A DNA stretch of 64,000 bases from Octopus sinensis (taxonomy: Eukaryota), in contig NC_042998.1 of the NCBI RefSeq assembly GCF_006345805.1, forward strand, positions 48,856,001 through 48,920,000, written 5' to 3'. Both the position numbers and the translations under genes were made by a program. Positions 1 through 12,185 of the stretch are shown in pieces. Position 1 is the first letter of the stretch; each line of letters begins with the position of its first letter. The notes below the pieces were generated by a model, which worked only from the letters and a program-made list of their open reading frames with translations, had not been told where the DNA came from and searched no databases.

Positions 1-585
1 ATGCATATGCAGATGCATATAAATATATGTATCTGCATATATATGTGCATGTATATATATGCACACACACACATACACATTCTCTTTCTCCCTCTCTCAT
101 AGACACACACACACCACACATAATTTGACAATAGTTTAAGTAAATTATCATATGAGTTACACCTTCACCTTCATAATTATTACAAAAGCTTTAGATCAGC
201 TGAGCAGCTCTAATTCAATGGATGTTGCTCCCTCTGTTGTATTGGTTTAAGACAATTTGATTTATCGAATTTTACATCATTATACCAGTTTGGCAAACTG
301 ATAGTGGGTAGGTGGTAATTGATGGAGAGGAAAGGGTTAGTAAAAAAAAAGAGGTATGGGTGATTAAAGAGGGGAAAGAATATGGAGGGAGATGTGAGAG
401 TGTTGTTAGGTATTGAAACAAAGCTTACAGGTACAGTGAGAGATGAGGGAGAGAGAAGAATCATGGTGAGAAGCGAGAATTGAATACTTAGAGGAGAAGT
501 GAATCATTGGTAAAAAATATCAGAAATTAAATGCTGTGAGAATTATTTGGAGGAAATGAGTATCAAGGGAAGTTAAAGTCAAAGA

Positions 586-587
586 CT

Positions 588-657
<70 letters not shown>

Positions 658-667
658 CGGACGGACG

Positions 668-698
<31 letters not shown>

Positions 699-777
699 AG
701 GCGGGCAGGCGGCGAACGGACGGATGGACGGCAAACGGATGGCTAGATGGACGGACAGACAGACAACTGGATGGACT

Positions 778-821
<44 letters not shown>

Positions 822-957
822 GTCAGACTGACAGATAGACAGATAAACAGACAGAAGGACAGACAGATAGATAGATAAGTAGATGGATAAATAGAGAGAG
901 AGAGATAAGTAGTGAGAGACAGACAGATAGATAGATAAATAGATAGATGGATGGATG

Positions 958-1028
<71 letters not shown>

Positions 1029-1030
1029 GC
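586..1030. repeat. Compound (GATA)n/(GACG)n/(GACA)n/(GA)n microsatellite
   Basis: Directly visible. Confidence 0.95.
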
Positions 1031-1859
1031 AGAGTGAGAGAGATGGGGGGTATAAGGAAAGATGACAGAGAGTAAATTATAGAAAAGGAAGTGAAAAGAT
1101 TATTTTGGTGGGTAGTAGATAAGAGAAAATAAGGAACAGATAAGAAACAGGTAAGTAAGAGAGAGAGAGACAGAATTAAAGGAGACAAGTAAGTGAAAGG
1201 AGAGAGAAAGGTAGAGAGAGAGAGAGAGAGAGAGGGAGGGAGAAGGAGAGAGACAGACAGACTGGCAGATTGAGAGTTAGACAGGCAGGCAGGCAGGCAG
1301 GAAGGCATGCAGACAGAAAGACAGATGAAGCTGAATATAAATAATGGTGGAGAGCAAATTCCCTGGAAGAGAACCGAAAGTGAAATGTGTTAATTATATG
1401 AAAGATGAGTAAATAACAATGGACGAAAGGGAAGGAGGTGGGGGACGTGGAGGAGGCAGGAAACAAAATATAACAAGGAAATATAATTAGAGGATATGTG
1501 AGAAACATAAGCCTTAGCCAGGCATAAAGAGAATGACCATTAGATAAATATATATGGAGGTGGTGAGGAGGTGAGCAAAGGAAAAAACGCTAAATTATAT
1601 ATATATTTTTTTGTTGTTGATTTTGATTTTTTCATTTCATTTTACTTGTTTCCGTTATTGGATTGTGGCCATGCTGGGGCACCACCTTGAAGGGTTTTTA
1701 ATCGAAGAAATCAATCCCAGTGTTTATTTTTTTAAGCCTTGTTGGTTTCTTTTGCTGAACTGCTAGGTTTTGGGGATGTGAACAAACCAGCACTGGTCGT
1801 CAAGCTGTGGTGAAGAAGAAACACAAAGATACACACACATACATACATATAGAGATAAA

Positions 1860-2183
1860 TATTGAGACCCCCTTTGGTCATGAATGACTGTGGGATTGCA
1901 CCTAGAAAGTTACCCTCCTAGGCACAAGTCTGGGCAAGGTTGTTTATGGAAGACCAGCAATCGCCCATGCATACCAGCCTCCCCTCTCCACACCATCAGT
2001 GTTATCCAAGGGAAAGGCAACAGCTGATACAGCTTGGCACCTGTGACATCTACAGCTGAGTGAACTGGAGCAACATGAAAGTGTCTTGCTCAAGAACACA
2101 ACACACAGTCCGGTCCGGGAGTCGAACTCACAACCTCACAATCGTAAGCTTGACACTCTAGCCACTGAGCCATGCACCTTCAC
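1860..2183 (-). mobile_element. tRNA-headed SINE family S4
   Basis: Minus-strand head gtgaaggtgcatggctcagtggctagagtg..gagttcgactccc. Other copies at about 6080-6200, 12820-12965, 13130-13300, 17620-17790, 30065-30445, 38680-38870. Confidence 0.75.
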
Positions 2184-2850
2184 AGAGATAAATATAGATA
2201 TATAGAAATATGTACATATACATATATAAAATGGACTTCTTTCAGTTTCCAGCAATCAGTTCCACTCACAAGGCTTTTGTCAGCTTGAGATTCTATCCCA
2301 GGGTGCCATGCAGTGAGACTGAACCTAAAACTATGTAGCTGGGAAGCAAGGTGTATTGGTCAGTCCGGGGCAATTGTAGAAGACTCTTGCCCAAGGTGCC
2401 ACACAGCAGGACTGAACCCAGAACACATTAGTTGCAAAGTAAGCGTTTTAACAGCATGGCCATTGTATGAACAAATCAATTATGACACAACTCTCTCTTC
2501 CTAAAGCTAATTAAAGAAAGCACTCTTTAACACAAGCACAAGTGTGCCATACCTCAACATTCCTTGTTTCTATTTAGGCTCTAATAATTAATTTGTATAT
2601 TATTATTAGTTTTCATCTCCTCACTTCCCCCCTAAGGGAGTGGTGGTTTATCATTTCTCATCATCTTTTTTTTTTTTTTTTTTTACACTGAATACCTGTG
2701 ATCTCTGTTTATTAGTGATCTGATAATGTGTGAAGAAGACAACCAGATTGCCCCACATCCCCTGCTACTTGGTTTATCAAACAAGAATCACTCTGCTTCT
2801 ATCTATAACTTTCTCCATCTCTATTTCTCTTCTTTATATAGACTCACTCG

Positions 2851-2881
<31 letters not shown>

Positions 2882-4889
2882 GGTTATCTCTTCACCTTAT
2901 CACATTTTTTTCTCCATCTTACACTCTGCATTTCTCTGTATCTTTTCTTCTTGCCTATCAATCTATCTATATCCCCTCTCTCTTTCTCTCTCCCCCTCTC
3001 TCTTTTTCATTTTCACTCTATCTTCATTTCTATCTCTTGTACTTTAATCTCATGTCTCCCTTACACACACACACACACACATACACATCAATTTATCTCA
3101 TTCATCCCCTTTTTATTCCCTTCTTACTCTCCACCCCACTCCTCTCTCTGTCAATATTTCTCTCTCACACACTCTCTCTCTCTCTCTCTCTCTCAATGTC
3201 TCTTTCTTTATTTCTCCCTCCAGTTACATCACACAAACCAAGCCAATTGGAGAATGAAACATTCTCTCTTAGGACTCTCATCATTTCTCCTCCTCCACCT
3301 CTCTCCTTCACTGCACCCTCCTCTTACCACTATCCCAGTTTTCACGGTTCATGGTTTCTTGAAGAATGGTGCACCAAGTATAGATTTTTTTTGCCTTGTT
3401 TTCTCAGAACCCACTTAAAATTGGGTCTGGAGAGAGAAGAACCCTGCACTCCAACAATGAGAGGAAGGATATGAAAGTGGGAGAGAGTGAAACTGAGAAA
3501 GAGAGAAAGAAGTGAATGAAAGACACAAATGAGTGAAAGAAAGAAGCTAATGAAAGAAAGAAAGAAATGAATGAAAGAAAGAAGCAAAAGAAAGAAGTGA
3601 ATGAATGAAAAATGAATAAGTGAAAGAAGGAAGAGAAAGAAAGAAGAAAGCAAATAAATGAATTAAAGAAAGAAAAGAAAGAAAGAAAGTAAGAAGCAAA
3701 TGAAAGAATTAAAGAGAGCATGTCTGTGTACATAGATGAACATGAACATACATTCGTATGCTAAAAGGAAATAAGAATTTAAAAAGAAGTTATATATAAC
3801 AAATATAAACAATAATTAGATTGCTAGATAGATAAAAAAAAAAATAAGAGTGAAATCAGATGAAGAAGAGAAAAAATAGAGAAGAGGAGGAAGAACTAGA
3901 ACAAGAGGAGTGATTAAGAAAGCAATATAAAATAATGAGAAAGACTTTTTGCTCTGTTTAAAATGTTGCTCAATATTCACCATCTCCCCGACAAAATTAC
4001 AGCCGCAAGGATAAACAAATGTTTAAACAGACAAGATAGATGGAGAGATGGATAGACGTAGAGTTATTTGTTAGCTGGAAGGAATGTTGTGTCATTGACT
4101 ATTATTGATACGGTAGTAAGCGGGGGGGGGGGGTATTGAGAATGGTAATAGTTATTGTTGCTTCTGTTGTTTAGCCTCCAGGTCATCAATCATCAAAGGC
4201 ATTCCAGCCATGATCATCCAGTCTTTCCTTTTGTTTTCATTGTTTGTCTTTGGATTTTTTTTTATTCAATGTATCATCCAGCCTTCATTTTTTTTTAACA
4301 TGTAGGATATGATTGGATGGTGTATTTTTAGCTACTATTCCTTTTAACATTTTTTTTCTGCTTTGCAATTATGTGGTTTTGGATTCAGTCCCACCGCATA
4401 GCACTTTGGGCAAGAATCTCCTAATATAGTTCCAGGCCAACCAATGCTCTATGAGTGAATTTGGTAGATGGAAACTGCTTGGAAGCCCCTTATATATATA
4501 TATATACTTTGGGTATGGTAGATGAGTTTAGCAAAAATTTAGATTCAGATGAATATGGTACCTAAGTTGAGGCACCAGAATTTAGTACAGTATTATCCAT
4601 ACAATTTCAAAGTAAGATGATTAAAATCAAAATAAGCAACAAGGATATCCAGAGGTAATGCAGTACGATTGTTTCATGCAACTCCATTTAATTGAACAAT
4701 GCAATCATTACATCAATTTATGAAGATTGCTCTGCATTTTAAATTGATGTAATGATTTCATTGTTCAATTAAATGGAGTCACATGAAACGATCGTACTGC
4801 ATTACCTCTGAATATCCTTGTTGCTTAAAAAAAAAGTTTGTTTTTATGTTTTCATTTCTCATTGTGTTCAACTTTTTTTATATGACCTG

Positions 4890-5251
4890 TACCCATATAT
4901 GCATGTGTATATATACATATATATGTAGGTATATACATATATGTATGTATATATATATGCATATATTTATATATTATTTATATATATAAATATATATATA
5001 TGTATGTGTATATATATATGTATGTAATGTATATATGTATATATATGTATGTATATATGTATATATATATATGTATGTATATATGTATATATATATGTAT
5101 GTATGTATATATGTATATATGTATATATGTATGTATGTATGTATATATGTATATAATATGTAAGTATGTATATATGTATATATATATGTATGTATGTATA
5201 TATGTATATATTTTTATATATAGGTATATATATATATTATATATATATATC

Positions 5252-5320
<69 letters not shown>

Positions 5321-5340
5321 ATGTATATGTTTGTGTATCT
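4890..5340. repeat. Compound (TA)/(TATG)/(TG) microsatellite
   Basis: Directly visible; source of spurious ORFs 5000-5398 etc. Confidence 0.95.
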
Positions 5341-6226
5341 GTGTTTGTCTTCCCACCATTGCTTGACAACTGATGCCGGTGTGTTTATGTACCCATAACT
5401 TAGCAGTTCAGCAAAAGAGACCGATAGAATAAGTACTAGGCTTACAAAGAACAAGTCCCAGGGTTGATTTGTTCAACTAAAGGTGGTGCTCCAGCATGGC
5501 CACAGTTCACCATTACCTTCTGCTGGAGCCATGTGGAGCTTAGGTGTTTCGCTCATAAACACACACATCGCGCAGTCTGAGATTCAAACCCATGATCTCT
5601 CGACTCTGAGTCCGCTGCTCTAATCACTAGGCCATGTGCCTCCACATATTTTATTATCATAGCTGCAAAATATTCACAGAACTATTACTCAGAGTTTTAC
5701 ATTCCCATTTGTCAGACAGTTATGATGAATCATAAGTATGTATGAGTATAGATGCAATCCCAGACAAAATGCTTAACAATATCTCTTGTAGCTCTTCATG
5801 TTCCAAGTTCAAATGCCACTCAGAGGTCGATTTTGCCTTTCTTTGTTTCAGGGTCAGTCAAATAACATACCAGTTGAGAACTCTTTTTGAAATTGTTGGC
5901 CTAGTGCCAAAATTAAAACGGACTCTTAAATAAGGATTTCTTTTATCTTTTACTTGTTTAAATCATTAGACTGCAGCCATGCTGGTACACCACAAGTGTA
6001 TTCAATTATACAAGGAAATAATTATTAGAGGGAAATGGTAAAAAAAGAGATTCAGATGTGTGAAACTAGTCAGTGTGAAAGGATCAATTTTACATGTCCT
6101 CTAACAAAGGGATTGGAGAGCAACATGAAACTAAGTGTTTTGCTCAAAGACACAACATAACATCCAATTGGGAAATTGAAACCACTATTTCATATTCATG
6201 ATTGCAACATTCTAACCCCCAGGCCA

Positions 6227-6443
6227 TGAGAGGGTGCTGAAAAGTTCTTGGCTTCAAGGGTATCATGAAAGGCCTAGTAGGAAGCCTAACCTTCTGAGTT
6301 CTTTTACAGGACTTAGAAAAACTGAGAGACCACTGCAATAAGGGTTTGAATCTGAGAGGGGAATATGTTGAATAAAATCATAATTAACTGGCCCTCCTGT
6401 ATTTTCTGTTACCCAAAGCCAGGAACTTTTCAGCACCCCTTCA
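6227..6443 (+). mobile_element. Mariner-derived MITE (about 217 bp)
   Basis: TIRs tgagagggtgctgaaaagttcttggc / gccaggaacttttcagcaccccttca, with TA on the right. The interior retains a mariner C-terminal remnant (GLRKTERP../..RGEYVE*). Confidence 0.7.
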
Positions 6444-7219
6444 TATATTTTAAAATACCAGTTTAATAATGATAGTTATTTTACTAAATTCTTCATAATT
6501 TTCAAAATTCTTCATTGTTTTCAACAGAAATATGATAAAACAGTATTATATAAAGATGTATATTACAACTTTAACTTGAGTGGACATTGATCAACTGAAT
6601 AGGGGGAATGCGGGGGTGGCATATGTCCCTCAAGTGTCCTTCATGTTTTCTAGGAAAGTGACAGTATTCAATTCTAGTGTTTGAAATGTTGATTTGATCT
6701 GCTCTCCTGTTACTCATCAAAGGATTTCAACCCAACACTGCAATCTAACAAAACTATGAAATTTAGTATAAATGTATTTGTAATTATTTTATCTCTGTAA
6801 GGTGTTGTGTTTATGATATCAGCATAAATCCTTTCATGTCAGCTAGTTACAGAGATAATTTAATCAAGCTTAGAAGATAAAAAAAGAAATTATCAAACGT
6901 AATATTTTAAACAAAAAAAAATTTTATAATATTATATCTATGAATCATAAATCATCAGATTCCAAACAGCTAAAATTTAAAGACAGCAAAGATTAAATAC
7001 ATTAAATAGTTTTATAAATATTAATCAATGTCACTTGTGGACATGGACATGTGATTAATAGTTTCACTTCAGAGCCATGTGATTTAGGTTTCATTTCCAC
7101 TGCATGGCACAATGAGCCAGCATTTCCTATGACCTCAGGTTAAACAGAGTGTTCAGAAAAGAATTGATAGAGAGGAAATGCTAAAAAGCCTGAGATGAGG
7201 TATAAAGGTTATATATATA

Positions 7220-7264
<45 letters not shown>

Positions 7265-7368
7265 TAGGTGTTTTTTGCTCAATAAACACTCACAATGCCC
7301 GGTCTGGGAATCGAACCGTGATCCTACAACCGTAAGTCCACTGCCGTAACCACTGGGCCATTGCACCT

Positions 7369-7425
<57 letters not shown>

Positions 7426-7444
7426 GTATATATATATATATATA

Positions 7445-7805
7445 AGCGAAATCGAATCGAATTGAACCAGCCAGGATCCCTGGTTGGTGGTCGTAAAAAG
7501 CACTATCCGACTCGTGGCCGATGCCAGCACCGCCTCGACTGGCTTCCGTGCGGTGGCACATAAAATACACCAATCTGACCGTGGCCGTTGCCAGCCCCGC
7601 CTGGCACCTGTGCAGTGCACGTAAAAAGCACCCACTACACTCACGGAGTGGTTGGTGTTAGGAAGGGCATCCAGCTGTAGAAACATGCCAAATTAGACTG
7701 GAGCCTGGTGCAGCCTTCTGGCTTCCCAGAACCCCGTCGAACCGTCCAACCCATGCTAGCATGGAGAACGGACGTTAAACGACGATGATGATGATGATGA
7801 TGATA
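7445..7805 (+). mobile_element. Interspersed family S2 ending in (GAT)n, representative copy
   Basis: gttaggaagggcatccagctgtagaaac..gacgttaaacgatgatgatg. Other copies at about 9140-9510, 25815-26015, 42590-42740, 52400-52540, 53610-53785, 54770-54975, 56020-56280, 56650-56830 (+), and 30640-30930, 43610-43810 (-). Confidence 0.8.
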
Positions 7806-7993
7806 TACTTTATTTAAAGCAGCAGAAAATTCAACAAAATCTGTTACTCTGAGTTTCTTGTTGCCGTTCATCAGACAGTTTTTGCTAGAATGGAACCGAT
7901 ATATCAATTCAATCCAGACTCTTACAAACGCTACCCCTTTAAAAAGCGTTTGTAAGAGTCTGGATTGAATTGATATATCGGTTCAATTCTAGC

Positions 7994-8040
7994 AAAAACT
8001 GTCTGATGAACGGCAACGAGAAACTCAGAGTAACAGATTT
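7994..8040 (+). ncRNA. Minimal type-I hammerhead ribozyme motif (family A)
   Basis: ctgt-CTGATGA(8003)-acg gcaa cga-GAAA(8020)-ctcagag-TA-acag. Stem I ctgt/acag, GNRA-capped stem II, near-palindromic stem III. An inverted copy lies at about 7838-7880. Confidence 0.7.
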
Positions 8041-8148
8041 TGTTGAATTTTCTGCTGCTTTAAATAAAGCCATATTACTCTACCACTGGTATTTGAGTAC
8101 TCTTTTTTCCACCTGTTTCACATTTATGTGTTTACTCCGGGTATATAT

Positions 8149-8197
<49 letters not shown>

Positions 8198-8440
8198 CCT
8201 GTATATGTATATATATATAATGAGAATTACAAAAAAAAACAAAAGATGGAAAGGGGTGTTGTAAATAGCAAACAGATAAACAGAAGTATTAGTTTAATGC
8301 TCGGGAAGGGAAGTGAGAGTGTCTTTTACGTTTCAAGCATATTCTCTTCAACAGAAAGGAACATAGAAATAAACAGGGAAAGAAAACAGAAAAATGTTTA
8401 GTGGCTAGCGAGAGAAACAACAATAGGAGAAAGCAGAAGA

Positions 8441-8444
<4 letters not shown>

Positions 8445-8486
<42 letters not shown>

Positions 8487-8728
8487 GATATATAATATAT
8501 ATTATATTATATTATATACAATATATATTATATATATATATATTAAATATAGATATATATTTATATAACATATATATATATATCTATATATATATATATA
8601 TATAATTATATATATTTATATAAATTAAATATATATATATATATATATATATTATAATATTTATATAACATTATATATATAATATCTATATATATATTAT
8701 TATATATTTATATAACAATATATAGATA

Positions 8729-8773
<45 letters not shown>

Positions 8774-8815
8774 ATTTATATAACATATATATATATATAT
8801 ATATATATACATACA
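8445..8815. repeat. Degenerate (TA)n tract
   Basis: Directly visible. Confidence 0.95.
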
Positions 8816-9595
8816 GTGTGGTGGACTGGCCAGGTTTCCAACTTGCTCAATGGTGAGTGGGCCCCTGCCCATTAGAATTCATATATGGCCCATGTTAGAA
8901 TCTAAAGAAACCCATCCCCTCAAGTTTGAGAATTTTTTATTCACTCCTAGAAGAATGCATTAATTATTTCAGCCTGGCTACGTTTGTACAGAATTGAAAA
9001 GAATTATTTTAACAAAAGGAAAGAAAGTTAAATAACATTGTAGTTATGGATGTGCCCCCTTGTAGTTGCGGGTCGCCTGACTTTGTCTATTGGCAACTAA
9101 TATTTTTAGACCCTGTTTGCAACTGTGTGTATGAGGGCACGTAACAAACACCATCCGAGCGTGGCCGTCCGCCAGCCTCATCTGGCACCTGTGTCGGTGA
9201 CACATAAGAAAACACCATCCGAGCGTGGCCGTCAGCCAGCCTCGTCTGGCACCTGTGTCGGTGGCACATAAAAAACACCATCCGAGCGTGGCCGTCTGCC
9301 AGCCTCGTCTGGCACCTGTGTCGGTGGCACATAAAATCACCCACTACACTCTCGGAGTGGTTGGCGTTAGGAAGGGCATCCAGCTGTAGAAACACTGCCA
9401 TATCTGACTGGCCTGGTGCAGCCTCCGGGCTCGCCAGACCCCAGTTGAACCGTCCAACCCATGCTAGCATGGAAAGCGGACGTTAAACGATGATGATGAT
9501 GATGATGATGATATATATGCATCGTATTTATATACATATATATATATATATATATATCATATATGTATATGAGAAATATATATATATATATATAT

Positions 9596-11760
9596 AATTT
9601 AGAGAAAAACCTCTATTAAACAATTCAAAAATGAAAGATGTCATTCACACCATATAGAAAACATATACTATAAAACCTTATTTTAAAAATCAATAAAGTA
9701 CAAAAACAATAAATAGTAAATAGTAGTAAAAGACTATGCATGTCTTGTGGCTATATTTTCAAATAGATAATAATAGGAAAATCAATTGGATTTAAAATTA
9801 AATCCATCTAAAATTAATTCTATTAAAAAATATAGTAACTTATCAGGTCTAAAATAATAATATTGATAAAAAAATAATAATAGAATAAATGTACTTATCA
9901 ATTAAATATAGAAAAATACGTGTATTAACTATAAATAATCAAAAAACATTTAACATTATTTCTTAAAATAAAAACATAACTTATCTTATCGAAGGACTTC
10001 TGTTAACAAAAAATTTAAACGTAATATGTAAATTGATCTAAAATTAATTCTATTTAAAACTATTGTCACTCATCAGGTCTAAAATAATAATAATAATAAT
10101 AATAGAATAAATGTACTTATCTTACCTTATACTAATTATCAAATAAATATAGAAAAATATGTGTATTAACTATAAATAATTGAAACACATTTAACATTAT
10201 TTCTTAAATTAAAAACATAACTTATCTTATCAAAGGATTTCTGTTAACTAAAAATTTAAACCTAATACGTAGAACTTAGCATTTATAAGAAATATATCGC
10301 GTGAAAATATGGCATAAATAGAATTTATAGAATAAATAGATAGAAATATATATTTAAGCTATTAAAATTACAAATGTAATTTAACAGTGAGAATAAGAAA
10401 AAAATTAACTTTAATATACCTTTAATGGAAAAATTGTAAAGTCTAAATAATTTAAAAACTAAAATACACAATATAATAAACATAAATTAAGCTAAATTTA
10501 ATCTATTTTCATTAATTGATTTCTTTATTTTATAAACATCTAAGTTTCATCTTATTCTAATTATGTAATATACACCATATAATCTCATGCTAATTTACAC
10601 ACATTTTATTACTACAAATTATAACTACAACAATTAGTAACATAAAACAGGGTTTATATATATACACAAATTAGCTAAACTTACAATATAAGTAATTTAA
10701 CTTATGTCTACATTGAATTTTTCGTTCGTCTAGGAAATTAAACAATATTTTACTATTAGTTAATAATATCTCCTTAAATTCGTTAGTACATAATAAACAA
10801 AAATTATTACCTATTCAATATGATTTTTGCCTTACAAACTATCTCTAAATTTAAATTGTACTTAATATTTTTAGATTTTAGTTCCCATATATATTTACTA
10901 AGGCCAGTATAATTAATTAAATTTCTATTCTTAAAAGAATTTGTGTGTTGAGGCACCCATAATTTAATTTTATTAGAAGTCGACCCTATTTAAATTGCAT
11001 TTAAATTATAACCATTTCTATTATTACCATCAATAAAAGACACAACACATTTATATACTACATCATCGAAATTAAAATTTATTATTAGATTTACATTTAG
11101 TTTTATCACTTCATGTACAATTAATTATATTCTGGTCTTTATTATTATTATTATTATTGGAATAATTATTTGATTTCTTTTGTACAATTTATTCAGCTTA
11201 AATTTATTAAAAGAAGAAATATTGTTACCGACATTATTAGTAGTAGAATAACCAACTCCAAAATTATAACTAGAAAAAAATATTATATTTTTTATTATCT
11301 CTAATGAATACTTCAATTATATTTAAAATCTCTTTAATAACTTGAGCTCCATAAGGAATTATTGACCGAATTTTGTTCTTATTATTAATATTATATTTAT
11401 TTTTTATATTATTAAATTTATTTTTATCATTAAATGAATTAAATTTAATCTTATTTTTTAGTCTATTATTATATTTATGTTTTGTATTATCATAATACAT
11501 ATTATTAATACCATAATTACCTAAATAAAACTTATCATAATTCTTAATGTTAGGGTTATTATTATAAAAAATATAGGAATCACTTATATTATAATCTTTT
11601 ATGTTATAATTTAGAATTATTAAAGAATTTAATATTATTATTATATCCCGCCTCCCGCAAAGCTTCATTATGATATAGTTTCTTCTTTTAGTAGGTATTT
11701 ACTTATTATCAGAACTTCAATTAGGAAAATTAAAGTTGGAGGGTGGTTTATATAGGGATG
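9596..11760 (-). mobile_element. Penelope-like retroelement remnant (RT thumb, linker, Cys-rich motif, C-terminal GIY-YIG endonuclease, 3' repeats), 5'-truncated and frameshifted
   Basis: Minus-strand translation across frameshifts gives NHPP (about 11740), HNEALREAGY (11643-11672), GYSTTNNVGNNISSFNK, CT*SDKTKC, VVYKC (11047-11061), *IGST (10978-10992), HTNSFKN, LSKYIWELK, CLLC (10788-10799), CRH (10704-10712), and stop TAA at 10671-10673. This motif order matches C-terminal-EN PLEs. The 3' end abuts (TA)n at about 9530-9596. Confidence 0.85.
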
Positions 11761-12128
11761 ACCTTTTATTAATAACTAAGAATTGCACCAATAGAACACT
11801 AGAATTATATAAGAAGTAACTATATAGTTTTTTTTTAAGATATGGATTAAGTATTACTATATATAATGAGAACTATAATGTTTATTATTTAGGTGTGATG
11901 AAAGAATTTTGAGAGAAAAATAAACTAAAAATAATAAAAATAAAGCTAAAATGAAGATCATATAATAGTGCATCAACTGAAGATGACCATCCCCGAGTGT
12001 AACAATACATACATGCATATAAATTATACTGAGTGTGTGTGGTGCAGTGTGGCATGTGTGTGTGTGTGTGTACAATCATGTATGTATTTCTATATTCCTA
12101 TATATATATGTATGTATGTATACATGAC

Positions 12129-12185
<57 letters not shown>

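Noticed and set aside
2090-2183. tRNA genes at SINE heads (also 5560-5645, 7300-7372, 30370-30445, 48720-48800)
   Set aside because: A/B boxes are present, but they run into SINE bodies and do not give a full cloverleaf.
9147-9330. CRISPR-like array
   Set aside because: The units are contiguous tandem repeats without unique spacers, inside a eukaryotic retroposon.
9600-11990. Mitochondrial insertion (NUMT) or parasite mitochondrial DNA
   Set aside because: It is AT-rich and hydrophobic-looking, but I found no recognisable cox/nad/rRNA/tRNA motifs, and the minus strand gives an ordered series of PLE motifs.
11857-12079. ATP8/COX2-like hydrophobic ORFs, and a plus-strand CTGAAGA-tgacc start of a hammerhead at about 11977
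   Set aside because: There are no diagnostic residues, the ORFs start in TG repeats, and no GAAA or stem III follows the core word.
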